64,000 nucleotides of DNA from Erysipelotrichaceae bacterium (GTDB lineage Bacteria > Bacillota_I > Bacilli_A > Erysipelotrichales > Erysipelotrichaceae), in assembly GCA_017432005.1 (NCBI GenBank), contig JAFRKA010000016.1, forward strand, positions 145,380 through 209,379. The letters are read 5' to 3'. The notes beneath the pieces are model-generated. The model made no database searches. It saw only the letters and a list, made by a program, of their open reading frames with translations, and had not been told where the DNA came from. Positions within the stretch are counted from its first letter, which is position 1, and each line of letters starts with the position of its first letter. Of the stretch, positions 38,213 through 46,956 are shown one piece after another. The position numbers and the translations under genes are program-made.

Positions 38213-39202
38213 ATGAAAAAGATCAATATCGGTGTTATCGGTTCCGGCTTCATCGTTCCTGTTTTCATCAGACAGACCAAGGCTTTTCCGCAGTTTCGTC
38301 TGTGTGGCATCTGGGGAAGACACATGGAGAAACTGGAACAGTACAGAGAGGATTTTGAGTATCTGACGACTGATCTTGAAGAGATACTAAGTGATGAAAA
38401 GATCGATACGATCTATATCGCTTTGCCTAACGCTCTGCATTATGCCTATGCCATGAAGGCTCTGGAGCACGGCAAGAATGTCATCGTGGAGAAACCATTC
38501 ACCGTAACGGTTGAAAGTGCCCGCAAGCTGATATCATATGCCCGTAAGAGAAAACTGATCATCTATGAAGCGATCATGACGCTGCACAATCCTCTGTACT
38601 GCAGGGCCAGAGACAGGGTGAGAGATCTTGGGGAGATAAAGGTCATCGCCTGTAACTTCTCTCAGTATTCAAGAAGATATGACCGTTTCAGAGAAGGTGT
38701 CATCCTGCCGGCTTTCGATCAGCGGATGGCCGGTGGTGCTTTGTATGATCTTGGTATCTACAATATCCATTTTGTGACCGGTATCTTCGGTAAGCCGAAG
38801 AAAGTCAGGTATTTCGCCAATATCACCAAAGGCGTCGATACTTCCGGAACGCTCGTGCTGGATTACGGTGATTTCAAAGCAGTCTGTATCAATGCCAAAG
38901 ACTGCAAGAGCGAAAGCTACGGGATGGTGGAAGGTGATAAAGGCTATCTGCGTTTCCGCGGTTCGACGAGCCGCTGCTGTGACTATATCATGAAATTCAA
39001 TGACGGAAAGCAGGAACACCGATCCGTAATGAACGACGAATTTGTCGGCTGGAGATATGAGCTGAAGGAATTCCAGAGGATCTATAACAGCAGGGATCTG
39101 GAGAAAGCATATGCATACAATAAACAGACACTGATCAGTGTTGATGTACTGGAAAAGGCCATGAAGGATGCAGGCCTTAACTACAAGGAGGAGAAAATAT
39201 GA
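38213..39202 (+). CDS. Gfo/Idh/MocA family oxidoreductase
   Basis: Rossmann N-terminus KINIGVIGSGFI and the VIVEKPF motif. I place the start at ATG 38213, after AGGAG. Confidence 0.85.
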   Translation: MKKINIGVIGSGFIVPVFIRQTKAFPQFRLCGIWGRHMEKLEQYREDFEYLTTDLEEILSDEKIDTIYIALPNALHYAYAMKALEHGKNVIVEKPFTVTVESARKLISYARKRKLIIYEAIMTLHNPLYCRARDRVRDLGEIKVIACNFSQYSRRYDRFREGVILPAFDQRMAGGALYDLGIYNIHFVTGIFGKPKKVRYFANITKGVDTSGTLVLDYGDFKAVCINAKDCKSESYGMVEGDKGYLRFRGSTSRCCDYIMKFNDGKQEHRSVMNDEFVGWRYELKEFQRIYNSRDLEKAYAYNKQTLISVDVLEKAMKDAGLNYKEEKI

Positions 39203-40176
39203 TCAATGTAGGAATAATCGGTTCAGGTTTCATCGTTCCGATCTTTATCGAAGCGACTCAGACTGTCAAAGGATACCGTTATGTCGGTATCGCTTCACCG
39301 GTCGAGGAACAGCTGAAGAATCTCAAGGAGAAATACGGTATCTCTTATTATTCACTGAATAATGATGATGTCCTGAGCGATCCGAAGATCGATGTGATCT
39401 ATGTCGCTGTACCAAATGGCTTGCACTATGAGATCGCCAAAAAGGCTCTGGAAAACAATAAACATGTCATCGTGGAGAAACCGTTCATGCCTTCATATGC
39501 CCAGGCGAAGGAACTGATCGATCTGGCAAAAAAGAAAAAGAGGATCATCTTTGATGCCGTCACACTGATCCACATGCCTAACTACGAAAAGATCCGTGCA
39601 CTCTTGCCGGAACTGGGTGATATCAAGATGATCGATATCAACTTCTCACAGTATTCTTCCCGTTACGACAAGTTCAAGAAAGGTATCGTCTTACCGGCAT
39701 TCGATTATAAGCAGGCCGGAGGTGCGCTGATGGATCTTGGTATCTACAATATCAACTTCATCACAGGATTATTCGGAACGCCTAAGAAAGTCGAATACTT
39801 CCCGAATATGCATCAAAAGATCGATACTTCAGGTGTACTGGTGATGGACTACGGCAGCTTCAAAGCGACTTCCGTAGCAGCCAAGGACTGCCGGGCACCG
39901 CTAAGCGTCTGTATCCAGGGCGATCTCGGTTACATCAAATCCGATGAGGCATCCAGCGTGATCATGCATGTGAGACACGTGAAAAACGACGGAACAGTAA
40001 AAGAATACAAACTGAATAAGCATATGGATTCACCGCACTATCATGAATACACGGTATTCAAACAGATCTTTAATAAGAAGGATCTGAAACAAGCTCAGAA
40101 GCTCAACAGCTTCACGCTCAAAACGATGAAGGTCCTCGATGAAGCACTGAGCAGCGGAAAGATTAAATTCAAATAA
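39199..40176 (+). CDS. Gfo/Idh/MocA family oxidoreductase (tandem paralog)
   Basis: MINVGIIGSGFI and VIVEKPF. It is collinear with the upstream paralog (FSQYSxRYDxF...LPAFD...AGGALxDLGIYNIxFxTGxFGxPKKV). Confidence 0.85.
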   Translation: MINVGIIGSGFIVPIFIEATQTVKGYRYVGIASPVEEQLKNLKEKYGISYYSLNNDDVLSDPKIDVIYVAVPNGLHYEIAKKALENNKHVIVEKPFMPSYAQAKELIDLAKKKKRIIFDAVTLIHMPNYEKIRALLPELGDIKMIDINFSQYSSRYDKFKKGIVLPAFDYKQAGGALMDLGIYNINFITGLFGTPKKVEYFPNMHQKIDTSGVLVMDYGSFKATSVAAKDCRAPLSVCIQGDLGYIKSDEASSVIMHVRHVKNDGTVKEYKLNKHMDSPHYHEYTVFKQIFNKKDLKQAQKLNSFTLKTMKVLDEALSSGKIKFK

Positions 40177-40177
40177 T

Positions 40178-40210
40178 AAAAAAACCGGTCTTGATCAAGA
40201 CCGGGTTTGT
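40178..40210. terminator. Bidirectional terminator
   Basis: AAAAAA-CCGGTCTTGA/TCAAGACCGG-GTTTGT palindrome between convergent genes. Confidence 0.75.
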
Positions 40211-40228
40211 AACAATTGGGATCTGAAC

Positions 40229-40774
40229 TCAATAATCGTTCTTTATCTTTGTGACGAGAGCCATGATCGAGATGATGGCGCCTGTCAAAGTCAGGAAACC
40301 GACGATATAGCTGCAGTAGAGATTGATGCCCTGCATATTTTCTACGATCGCATACAGTGGCATCATGACCGACAGAAGCAGCAGCAGGACGATCAGGATG
40401 ATCAGACGCTGCTTACTGAAACCTCTGGCCATTGTGACATGGAGGCTTTCTTTCTTGATCGGATGCCAGTTTTCGGCGACCGGAAGTTTATAGAAGAAGA
40501 AAGCTCTGAAAAGTGTCTCATACAGGATGAACATGGCGATGAAGACGATCAGTGCGCTCGCATAGTTCATCGAGAACATCGACAGGATACCGGCAGAGAC
40601 GATGATACACATCGGAAGCATGGCGCTGTAGATCGTATATATCTTCACATCACTGCTGGTCAGGATGTAGCCTTTTTTGGTCACGACATCATAGAAGATG
40701 GTCCCTCTTTTGGGATCCTGATAGATGAACAGACCGGAAAGGTCAGAAGCTTTGATAATTTTTCTCTGAGGCAT
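40229..40774 (-). CDS. Hypothetical polytopic membrane protein
   Basis: ORF of 181 aa with about four hydrophobic helices. No motif recognised. Confidence 0.5.
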   Translation of the reverse strand: MPQRKIIKASDLSGLFIYQDPKRGTIFYDVVTKKGYILTSSDVKIYTIYSAMLPMCIIVSAGILSMFSMNYASALIVFIAMFILYETLFRAFFFYKLPVAENWHPIKKESLHVTMARGFSKQRLIILIVLLLLLSVMMPLYAIVENMQGINLYCSYIVGFLTLTGAIISIMALVTKIKNDY

Positions 40775-40847
40775 ATTTCGTATCCTTTACCATCTCAATT
40801 ATACACATTTTCTTATGTTATTATTATATATAGAGGAGAATAAAAAA

Positions 40848-41987
40848 ATGATAATTCAGAGTAAGAGAGTCTACATTGCATCCGCTTTCGTTCCTGCTCA
40901 GATCGAGATCGAAGACGGTGTGATAAGAAGTATTTTTGATTATGATACAAAACCGGTCGATCAGGACTATGGTGAACTCAGGATCGTTCCTGGCTTCTAT
41001 GATGTCCATACACACGGTTATCACGGCTATGATGCGACAGCCGGAGGCAAGGACGGATTGAAGGCCTGGCTTAAGGATCTGCCAATGGAAGGTGTCTGCG
41101 GTATCTGTCCGACGACCCTGACTCAGTCTCATGACACTCTGAAGAAGGCTGTAGCGGAGATCGCGGAAGTGAAGAAAGAGGAACCGGAAGGTGCGGAGAT
41201 CCTGGGTATCCACTTTGAAGGTCCTTATCTCGATGTCAAATACAAGGGAGCACAGCCGGAAGAGTATATCGTCAAGGGAACAGTTGAGGAATTCAAGGAA
41301 TATCAGGAAGCCTGCGGCGGAATGATAAAGATAATCACGATGGCTCCGGAACATGACGAGGATTTTGCTCTGACTAAATACTGCGCCAGCACAGGTGTCA
41401 ATGTTTCGATCGGTCATACCGACACCACATATGAGACAGCTGTGATGGCTGTGGCCAACGGTGCCAGAGGATTCACTCATACCTATAACGGCATGACAGC
41501 ATTGTCTCACCGTGCCAACGGTGCAGTCGGTGCTGCGTTCAGATGCCATGATACCTATGCGGAATGTATCTGTGACGGCAACCATTCGACTTATGCCGCT
41601 TTGAACATCTTTTTCAGAGAGAAACAGGGTTACGGGATCATGATCACCGATTCACTTATGTGCAAGGGATATGAAGTCGGTTCAGTATTCGATTTCGGCG
41701 GACAGGATGTCGAGATCTATCCTGACGGTTCAGCTCATATCACGACCGGCAAGAAACAGCTGGCTGGTTCAACGCTCAGAGTCAACGAAGGTCTGAAGAT
41801 CCTAGTCGAAAAAGCTCTCGTGCCGTTTGAGATCGCGATCGATGCAGCGACCATCAACCCGATGCGTTATCTGAGGATGGATGATCACAAGGGCAGGATC
41901 CTGGCCGGTTATGATGCGGATATCGTCGTACTGAACGATGACTATTCTGTAAAACAGACCTACTGCAAAGGCAAAGCTCAGCTGTAA
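40848..41987 (+). CDS. nagA: N-acetylglucosamine-6-phosphate deacetylase
   Basis: VPGFYDVHTHGY, ILGIHFEGPY, ITMAPE and SIGHTD motifs. I place the start at ATG 40848, after GAGGAG. Confidence 0.88.
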   Translation: MIIQSKRVYIASAFVPAQIEIEDGVIRSIFDYDTKPVDQDYGELRIVPGFYDVHTHGYHGYDATAGGKDGLKAWLKDLPMEGVCGICPTTLTQSHDTLKKAVAEIAEVKKEEPEGAEILGIHFEGPYLDVKYKGAQPEEYIVKGTVEEFKEYQEACGGMIKIITMAPEHDEDFALTKYCASTGVNVSIGHTDTTYETAVMAVANGARGFTHTYNGMTALSHRANGAVGAAFRCHDTYAECICDGNHSTYAALNIFFREKQGYGIMITDSLMCKGYEVGSVFDFGGQDVEIYPDGSAHITTGKKQLAGSTLRVNEGLKILVEKALVPFEIAIDAATINPMRYLRMDDHKGRILAGYDADIVVLNDDYSVKQTYCKGKAQL

Positions 41988-41990
41988 AGA

Positions 41991-42890
41991 ATGAAAAGAA
42001 AAGGACTGATCATTTTATTACTGATCCTGATCCTGACAGGAGGTATCGTGATGTTTACAGGACTGTTCGGCAGAAGAAAACCCAAATCACTGGAACAGAT
42101 CAGAAAGATGGATCCGAAGTATGAGAATCTGGTAGGGGTATCTCATTTCAGCGGCGGAGGCATGCTGGGAGAAAGATATTACACTTCTCTGGAAAAAGAC
42201 AAGGAAGGGAATCTGATCTACCGCGTGGAAGAGAGTCCTGAACATTCATATCCGACCCTGGTCCATGAATATAAGCTGCCTGATGACAGACTGCTGGAAG
42301 AACTGGACAGTATCGTCAGAGAATACAATATGTCCCGCTGGGATGAATTCCCGGAAACAGGTATCGAAGTCCTCGATGCGCCTTCGACGGATACGACTCT
42401 CTATTTCCTGCCGGAAGGAGAGAAATACCGGAAGTCTGTGCGGATCGATTATGACAAGGATATGCCCGATGGAGCATATCAGGTCCTGAAACAACTGCTG
42501 AATACTGCCGGTACGGCTGCAAAAGCAGAATATCTGAGTGACACGTATCTGACGGACTGGAACGATGACAGAAAAGTCAGAAGCGGAAGAGAGATCGAAA
42601 ACAGTGAAGAAGATATCGATCTTCTGGTGAGCGGATACTGGGAAGGTGATGAAAGTGATTCACTGGACAGCTACAACGGTCAGGAATTACGTACCCATTT
42701 CATTTCAGATAACAGTGAGTATATCGATTATGAAGTAAAGGAAACGGTGATGGAACCGTTAGATGATTATGACAGTTCCTGGTATCGGATCTTCACAAGC
42801 GAAGGAAGGGAACTGATCCTTACGGCTACACTGGAGACGATGTATGTCATCCAGAACGGTGAAGTCAAACAACTTAACAGGTATAAATAA
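41991..42890 (+). CDS. Hypothetical membrane-anchored protein
   Basis: N-terminal TM anchor GLIILLLILILTGGIVMFTGLF followed by a soluble acidic domain. Confidence 0.5.
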   Translation: MKRKGLIILLLILILTGGIVMFTGLFGRRKPKSLEQIRKMDPKYENLVGVSHFSGGGMLGERYYTSLEKDKEGNLIYRVEESPEHSYPTLVHEYKLPDDRLLEELDSIVREYNMSRWDEFPETGIEVLDAPSTDTTLYFLPEGEKYRKSVRIDYDKDMPDGAYQVLKQLLNTAGTAAKAEYLSDTYLTDWNDDRKVRSGREIENSEEDIDLLVSGYWEGDESDSLDSYNGQELRTHFISDNSEYIDYEVKETVMEPLDDYDSSWYRIFTSEGRELILTATLETMYVIQNGEVKQLNRYK

Positions 42891-42918
42891 AACAACGGCT
42901 AGGCCGTTGTTTTATTCT
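42889..42918. terminator. Bidirectional terminator
   Basis: AACAACGGC-tag-GCCGTTGTT stem followed by TTATT. Confidence 0.8.
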
Positions 42919-42935
42919 TTATAGAGAGGATATCA

Positions 42936-43760
42936 TCAGTATCCCAGCATTTTCAGCAGTTCAGGCGTCGGGTTGCAGTAGACCTTGTAACCCGGATTCT
43001 GAGCGTAGAAACTGCCAAGACTCATGGTATATCTGATCCTGACATCACCGCTTGCGGAGACATTGCCTTCCGAGATCGTGATCGTTCCGTTTATATAGTC
43101 GACTTCATCGACGCACAGGACATGTCCTGAACCGTCATAGGAGTTGGTCGTTGAGACGATTCCTAAGGTCATCGGGCGGCTGTCCAGCTGGAAGTAATGT
43201 TTCAGATTGCCGTCTTCATCATAGTAGACAGCTGTCTCATAGACTGTACGGGCAAACTGGGAACCGTCACCGGCAGGTGAATTTCCAGATGAATTGAAGC
43301 CGTAGACATCATAGAACCACATCTGGGCAAAGAAGGTACACCAGTATCCGGCTGTGGCACCGTGGATCTTTCCGCGGCGGTAAAGATCGAAGGCGTGTGA
43401 CCAGACCTGCTGACCTGCTGCGCTCCACTTCTGATACCATCCTCCGTAGGCATAGTAATCGAAGTTGCTGTAGACAGGTTTAGGCAGCAGTTCCTCGATC
43501 TCGACATACTCTTTCTCTTCTTCCTGCTTCAGAACATTCTCTGTCACATCGCGGTAGTTTTCCAGTTTGCGGCGTGAGATGACGACATCGTATGGAGAAC
43601 AGACATCTTTCGCGATCGTACTGGCACTGACGATCTTCGGCATGAAGAAAGCAACTGAAAAGGTCATAAGACATATCAGCAATATAACAGTGGCAGTAGT
43701 ATTAGGAAGAGCTTTATGATCTGCTCTTAGATTTTCAAATATATTCTTTTTCATACACAT
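42936..43760 (-). CDS. CHAP-domain-like cysteine peptidase/amidase, membrane anchored
   Basis: N-terminal TM anchor. GYWCTFFAQMWFYDVYG is a candidate catalytic Cys motif and GSGHVLCVDEV a candidate His motif. The start codon is uncertain (43760 or 43754). Confidence 0.55.
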   Translation of the reverse strand: MCMKKNIFENLRADHKALPNTTATVILLICLMTFSVAFFMPKIVSASTIAKDVCSPYDVVISRRKLENYRDVTENVLKQEEEKEYVEIEELLPKPVYSNFDYYAYGGWYQKWSAAGQQVWSHAFDLYRRGKIHGATAGYWCTFFAQMWFYDVYGFNSSGNSPAGDGSQFARTVYETAVYYDEDGNLKHYFQLDSRPMTLGIVSTTNSYDGSGHVLCVDEVDYINGTITISEGNVSASGDVRIRYTMSLGSFYAQNPGYKVYCNPTPELLKMLGY

Positions 43761-43823
43761 CAACCGTACCTTCCAGGGCAAATACCCTGGGTACAGTTAT
43801 AAATTATAATATATAATTTAAGT

Positions 43824-44372
43824 ATGTATAGGTATTTCTGCACTTATTTGCTGATTTTAGTGAATGTAATCGTTTTCTTTTTGGTGAGAAGCGGAAAATT
43901 GGATGTTGAAGACCTCGGATTGTCATATCACATGGTGTTCAACAGAGGCCAGTATCACCGTCTTGTCACGTCTGCTTTTACGCATAAGGAGCTGATGCAT
44001 TTCTTCTTCAACATGGTATCCTTATACAACATCGGTACCTTTGTAGAGTATGCATTCGGGCACCTGTATATGCTGGTGATCTATTTTGCTTCGATGATCT
44101 TCGGACACCTGCTGGCACTGATGATCAGACACAGCAATCATGATGACTATACGATGTCGATCGGCGCTTCCGGTGCCATCTGCGGCATCATGGGAACCTA
44201 TTTCCTCGTCGTCATGTATTTCTACGGTTTCTCCGGTATCTATGACCTGGCCAGGCCGATCATCAACCTGATCCTGATCTCAGCTTTGCCGGGAGTGGAC
44301 GGAACATCACATTTCAGCTGCATGGCTGTCGGAATGGCCGTATCCTATATCATCCTCAAATTTTTGTGGTGA
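43824..44372 (+). CDS. Rhomboid family intramembrane serine protease
   Basis: Polytopic protein with the GASGAICGIMG (GxSG) motif and HxxxN-like upstream helices (FTHKELMHFFFNM). Confidence 0.75.
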   Translation: MYRYFCTYLLILVNVIVFFLVRSGKLDVEDLGLSYHMVFNRGQYHRLVTSAFTHKELMHFFFNMVSLYNIGTFVEYAFGHLYMLVIYFASMIFGHLLALMIRHSNHDDYTMSIGASGAICGIMGTYFLVVMYFYGFSGIYDLARPIINLILISALPGVDGTSHFSCMAVGMAVSYIILKFLW

Positions 44373-44422
44373 TTGAAAAACAGAACAGATAAGACGATAA
44401 TTGATGTCATGGAGGTTTTAAA

Positions 44423-45109
44423 ATGAATAACTTTGATAACTATGTGGAAATAGATCATATCAGCAGGACCGACTTTCTTTCCAGAGTCTTTACATATCTG
44501 GGACTGGGTCTTGGTCTGAGCGCTGTCGGTGCATATGCGGGACAGTATCTTCTGCCGCTGATGGGTAGCGCCTATATGTTTGGCATGCTGGCGCTGGTGA
44601 TCGCTGAGATGGTTCTGGCTTTCATGATCGGACATGATCTGGAAAGACGTGATACGGCAACCGTCAGAATGATGTTCATCTTCTATTCGCTGATCAACGG
44701 TATGACACTGTCAGTCGTTCTGGCTGTCTATACAGCTGCTTCTGTACTGTTCGCATTCGTGACGACGGCGATCGTCTTTGGCTGTATGGCCATCATCGGC
44801 AAGACGACGAAGCTCGATCTGAGCCGCTTCGGAACATTGTTCTTCACCGGTATGATCGCCTGCATCGTTCTCTCACTGGCCAATCTGTTCATCTTCCATG
44901 CATCAGGCATGGAGATCGCCTTATGTTATATCGAGACGATCCTGTTCCTGGGTCTGATCGCCTATGACATGCAGATGATAGACAGATATTATTCTCAGGC
45001 GGAAAATGAGAACTATGCGATCTTCGCTGCTCTGCAGCTGGAACTTGATTTCATCAATCTGATGCTCAGAGTCTTGCGTTTCTTCGGTGTCAGAAAGAAC
45101 GATAACTGA
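44423..45109 (+). CDS. Bax inhibitor-1/YccA family membrane protein
   Basis: FLSRVFTYLGLGLGLSAVGAY N-terminal pattern, seven TM segments, size of 228 aa. Confidence 0.8.
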   Translation: MNNFDNYVEIDHISRTDFLSRVFTYLGLGLGLSAVGAYAGQYLLPLMGSAYMFGMLALVIAEMVLAFMIGHDLERRDTATVRMMFIFYSLINGMTLSVVLAVYTAASVLFAFVTTAIVFGCMAIIGKTTKLDLSRFGTLFFTGMIACIVLSLANLFIFHASGMEIALCYIETILFLGLIAYDMQMIDRYYSQAENENYAIFAALQLELDFINLMLRVLRFFGVRKNDN

Positions 45110-45199
45110 TTAATAAGATCTTATTGTTTACAAACTCACAGCAATGTGAGTTTTCTTTTATACGTTATAATGATGATATAGAAAACGGAGATAAAAATA

Positions 45200-46483
45200 A
45201 TGGAAATACTGAAGAAGGCTGACTATGAAAAAATGATAGCCGGATCACGTGACCGGCGCATGAGCTGGTGGCGGGAAGCCCGTTTTGGCATGTTCGTGCA
45301 TTTCGGACTGTATTCGATCATTGGCAGACATGAATGGGTCATGTCGATGGAAGGTATAGATAAGGAAGAATATGAAAAGTATGCGGATCAGTTTATGCCT
45401 GAAGAGGGATGCTGCAGGAAATGGGCGAAACTGGCGAAGCAGGCAGGCATGAAATACATGGTCCTGACGACCAGACATCATGAAGGTTTCTCACTGTGGG
45501 ATTCCAAAGTCAATCCGTTCAATTCCGTAAATTATGGCTGTCATCGTGATATCGTGAAAGAATTCGTGGAAGCCTGCCGTGAGGAAGGACTGAAGATCGG
45601 CTTCTATTCTTCGATCATGGACTGGCGTCATCCGGACGGAGAAAGATGTGCCTATGACAATGAAGCACGCAAGAGATTCCTTGATTATATTGAAGCACTC
45701 AATACGGAACTTCTGAGCAACTACGGCAAGATCGATATCCTCTGGTATGATGTCGCTCAGCCGATGGAATCATGGGAAGCCTGGGATTCACTGGGCCGCA
45801 ATCAGCGTCTGAGAGCTCTGCAGCCGGACATCATCATCAATGACCGTTCCCGTCTGCCGGAAGATTTCGGAACACCGGAAGGCAAGATCAGAGTCCTGGA
45901 CAGAGACTGGGAAGCCTGCATGACTTTCAATGATATCGCCTGGGGTTACCTTGATGAAAGACAGGCTCTGCCTTATGCCTACACTGCTCAAAGGATCCTG
46001 AGGATGCTGAACCAGTGTGCGTGCAATGGCGGAAATCTTTTGTTAAATATCGGTCCTAAAGCAGACGGATCGATCCCAAGCGATGTGGTCAAGCCTCTCA
46101 CAGAAGTCGGAAAGTGGCTGGAAAAGAACGGTGAAGCAGTCTACGGACGTCTGCACCCTAATTTGATCTCCGGATCATGGTACAGGGGAGGAAACGGCAT
46201 CTCAGCCATCACTTACGCTGAAGATCTCAAAGCCGCCTATCTCTGGAACTGGATCTCACCTGAAGGCGGAAGGATGTATTTCGATGGTGTTTATACTAAA
46301 CCTGTCAGAGTAACGAAACTGTCGACCGGCGAGGATATCGATTTCCGTTATACTGATGATTATCGCATCGAGCTTAATGGTCTGCATGTTGAAGAAGATG
46401 AATTCGTTCCGGTCTACAAGATCGAATTCGACGGACCGCTGGACTACAGACCGTTCCATAAATATCCGCAGATCTGGTTATAG
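45200..46483 (+). CDS. Alpha-L-fucosidase (GH29)
   Basis: WWREARFGMFVHFGLYS, KYMVLTTRHHEGFSLWDS and GGNLLLNIGP motifs. Confidence 0.88.
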   Translation: MEILKKADYEKMIAGSRDRRMSWWREARFGMFVHFGLYSIIGRHEWVMSMEGIDKEEYEKYADQFMPEEGCCRKWAKLAKQAGMKYMVLTTRHHEGFSLWDSKVNPFNSVNYGCHRDIVKEFVEACREEGLKIGFYSSIMDWRHPDGERCAYDNEARKRFLDYIEALNTELLSNYGKIDILWYDVAQPMESWEAWDSLGRNQRLRALQPDIIINDRSRLPEDFGTPEGKIRVLDRDWEACMTFNDIAWGYLDERQALPYAYTAQRILRMLNQCACNGGNLLLNIGPKADGSIPSDVVKPLTEVGKWLEKNGEAVYGRLHPNLISGSWYRGGNGISAITYAEDLKAAYLWNWISPEGGRMYFDGVYTKPVRVTKLSTGEDIDFRYTDDYRIELNGLHVEEDEFVPVYKIEFDGPLDYRPFHKYPQIWL

Positions 46484-46488
46484 AAAGA

Positions 46489-46514
46489 AGACGCCTGAAG
46501 CAATTCAGGCGTCT
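46489..46514. terminator. Hairpin between the fucosidase gene and the - strand tRNA-Arg
   Basis: AGACGCCTGAA-gcaa-TTCAGGCGTCT. The T-rich tract is on the - strand side only, so it more plausibly terminates the tRNA transcript. Confidence 0.6.
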
Positions 46515-46552
46515 GTAATGAAAAAACACCATACAGGTGTTTCGATTGCTAA

Positions 46553-46629
46553 TGGCGTCCATGGAGAGACTCGAACTCCCGACCGTCCGCTTAGAAGGCG
46601 GATGCTCTATCCAACTGAGCTACATGGAC
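46553..46629 (-). tRNA. tRNA-Arg (anticodon UCU)
   Basis: The reverse complement GTCCATGTAGCTCAGTTGGATAGAGCATCCGCCTTCTAAGCGGACGGTCGGGAGTTCGAGTCTCTCCATGGACGCCA folds as a cloverleaf. Acceptor stem is GTCCATG/CATGGAC and the anticodon loop is CTTCTAA. A T-loop GGTTCGAGTC-like element and an encoded CCA are present. Confidence 0.9.
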
Positions 46630-46708
46630 AGCATATGTATACTATCATATTATCTGTCTTTAATTCAATATTGAAATAATAAATAATAATGGTATTATAA
46701 AAAAAGAT

Positions 46709-46785
46709 GTGCCTATAGCTCAACTGGATAGAGTGTTTGGCTACGAACCAAAAGGTTGCGGGTTCAAGTCCTGCTAGGCACGCCA
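46709..46785 (+). tRNA. tRNA-Arg (anticodon ACG)
   Basis: GTGCCTATAGCTCAACTGGATAGAGTGTTTGGCTACGAACCAAAAGGTTGCGGGTTCAAGTCCTGCTAGGCACGCCA. Acceptor stem is GTGCCTA/TAGGCAC, the anticodon stem is TTTGG/CCAAA and the loop is CTACGAA. CCA is encoded. Confidence 0.9.
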
Positions 46786-46795
46786 ATATGTACAT

Positions 46796-46823
46796 GACCG
46801 CTGACACAGATCGCGGTTTTTTT
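46796..46823 (+). terminator. Intrinsic terminator after tRNA-Arg(ACG)
   Basis: ACCGC...GCGGT stem followed by TTTTTTT. Confidence 0.7.
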
Positions 46824-46912
46824 GTGCAAAAATACAGAAATTACAATCTTTCAGACCAGAAATGTCCCTCTTTGGAAAAATCAATTACTTAAAATAGAGG
46901 TACAGGGACATG

Positions 46913-46926
46913 TGCAAGCGCTTACA
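46913..46926 (+). promoter_or_regulatory. cre site (CcpA operator candidate) upstream of arcA
   Basis: TGCAAGCGCTTACA is a perfect palindrome and matches TGWAANCGNTNWCA except at position 3. It lies about 18 nt downstream of a TAAAAT -10-like hexamer (46890-46895). Confidence 0.6.
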
Positions 46927-46956
46927 TATGTCCATTGCTGATAATAAGGAGAGAAA

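Noticed and set aside
46630-46708. Possible additional small RNA or tRNA in the AT-rich spacer between the two tRNA-Arg genes.
   Set aside because: The 79 nt are almost pure A/T with no cloverleaf-compatible stems. This is best explained as divergent promoters.
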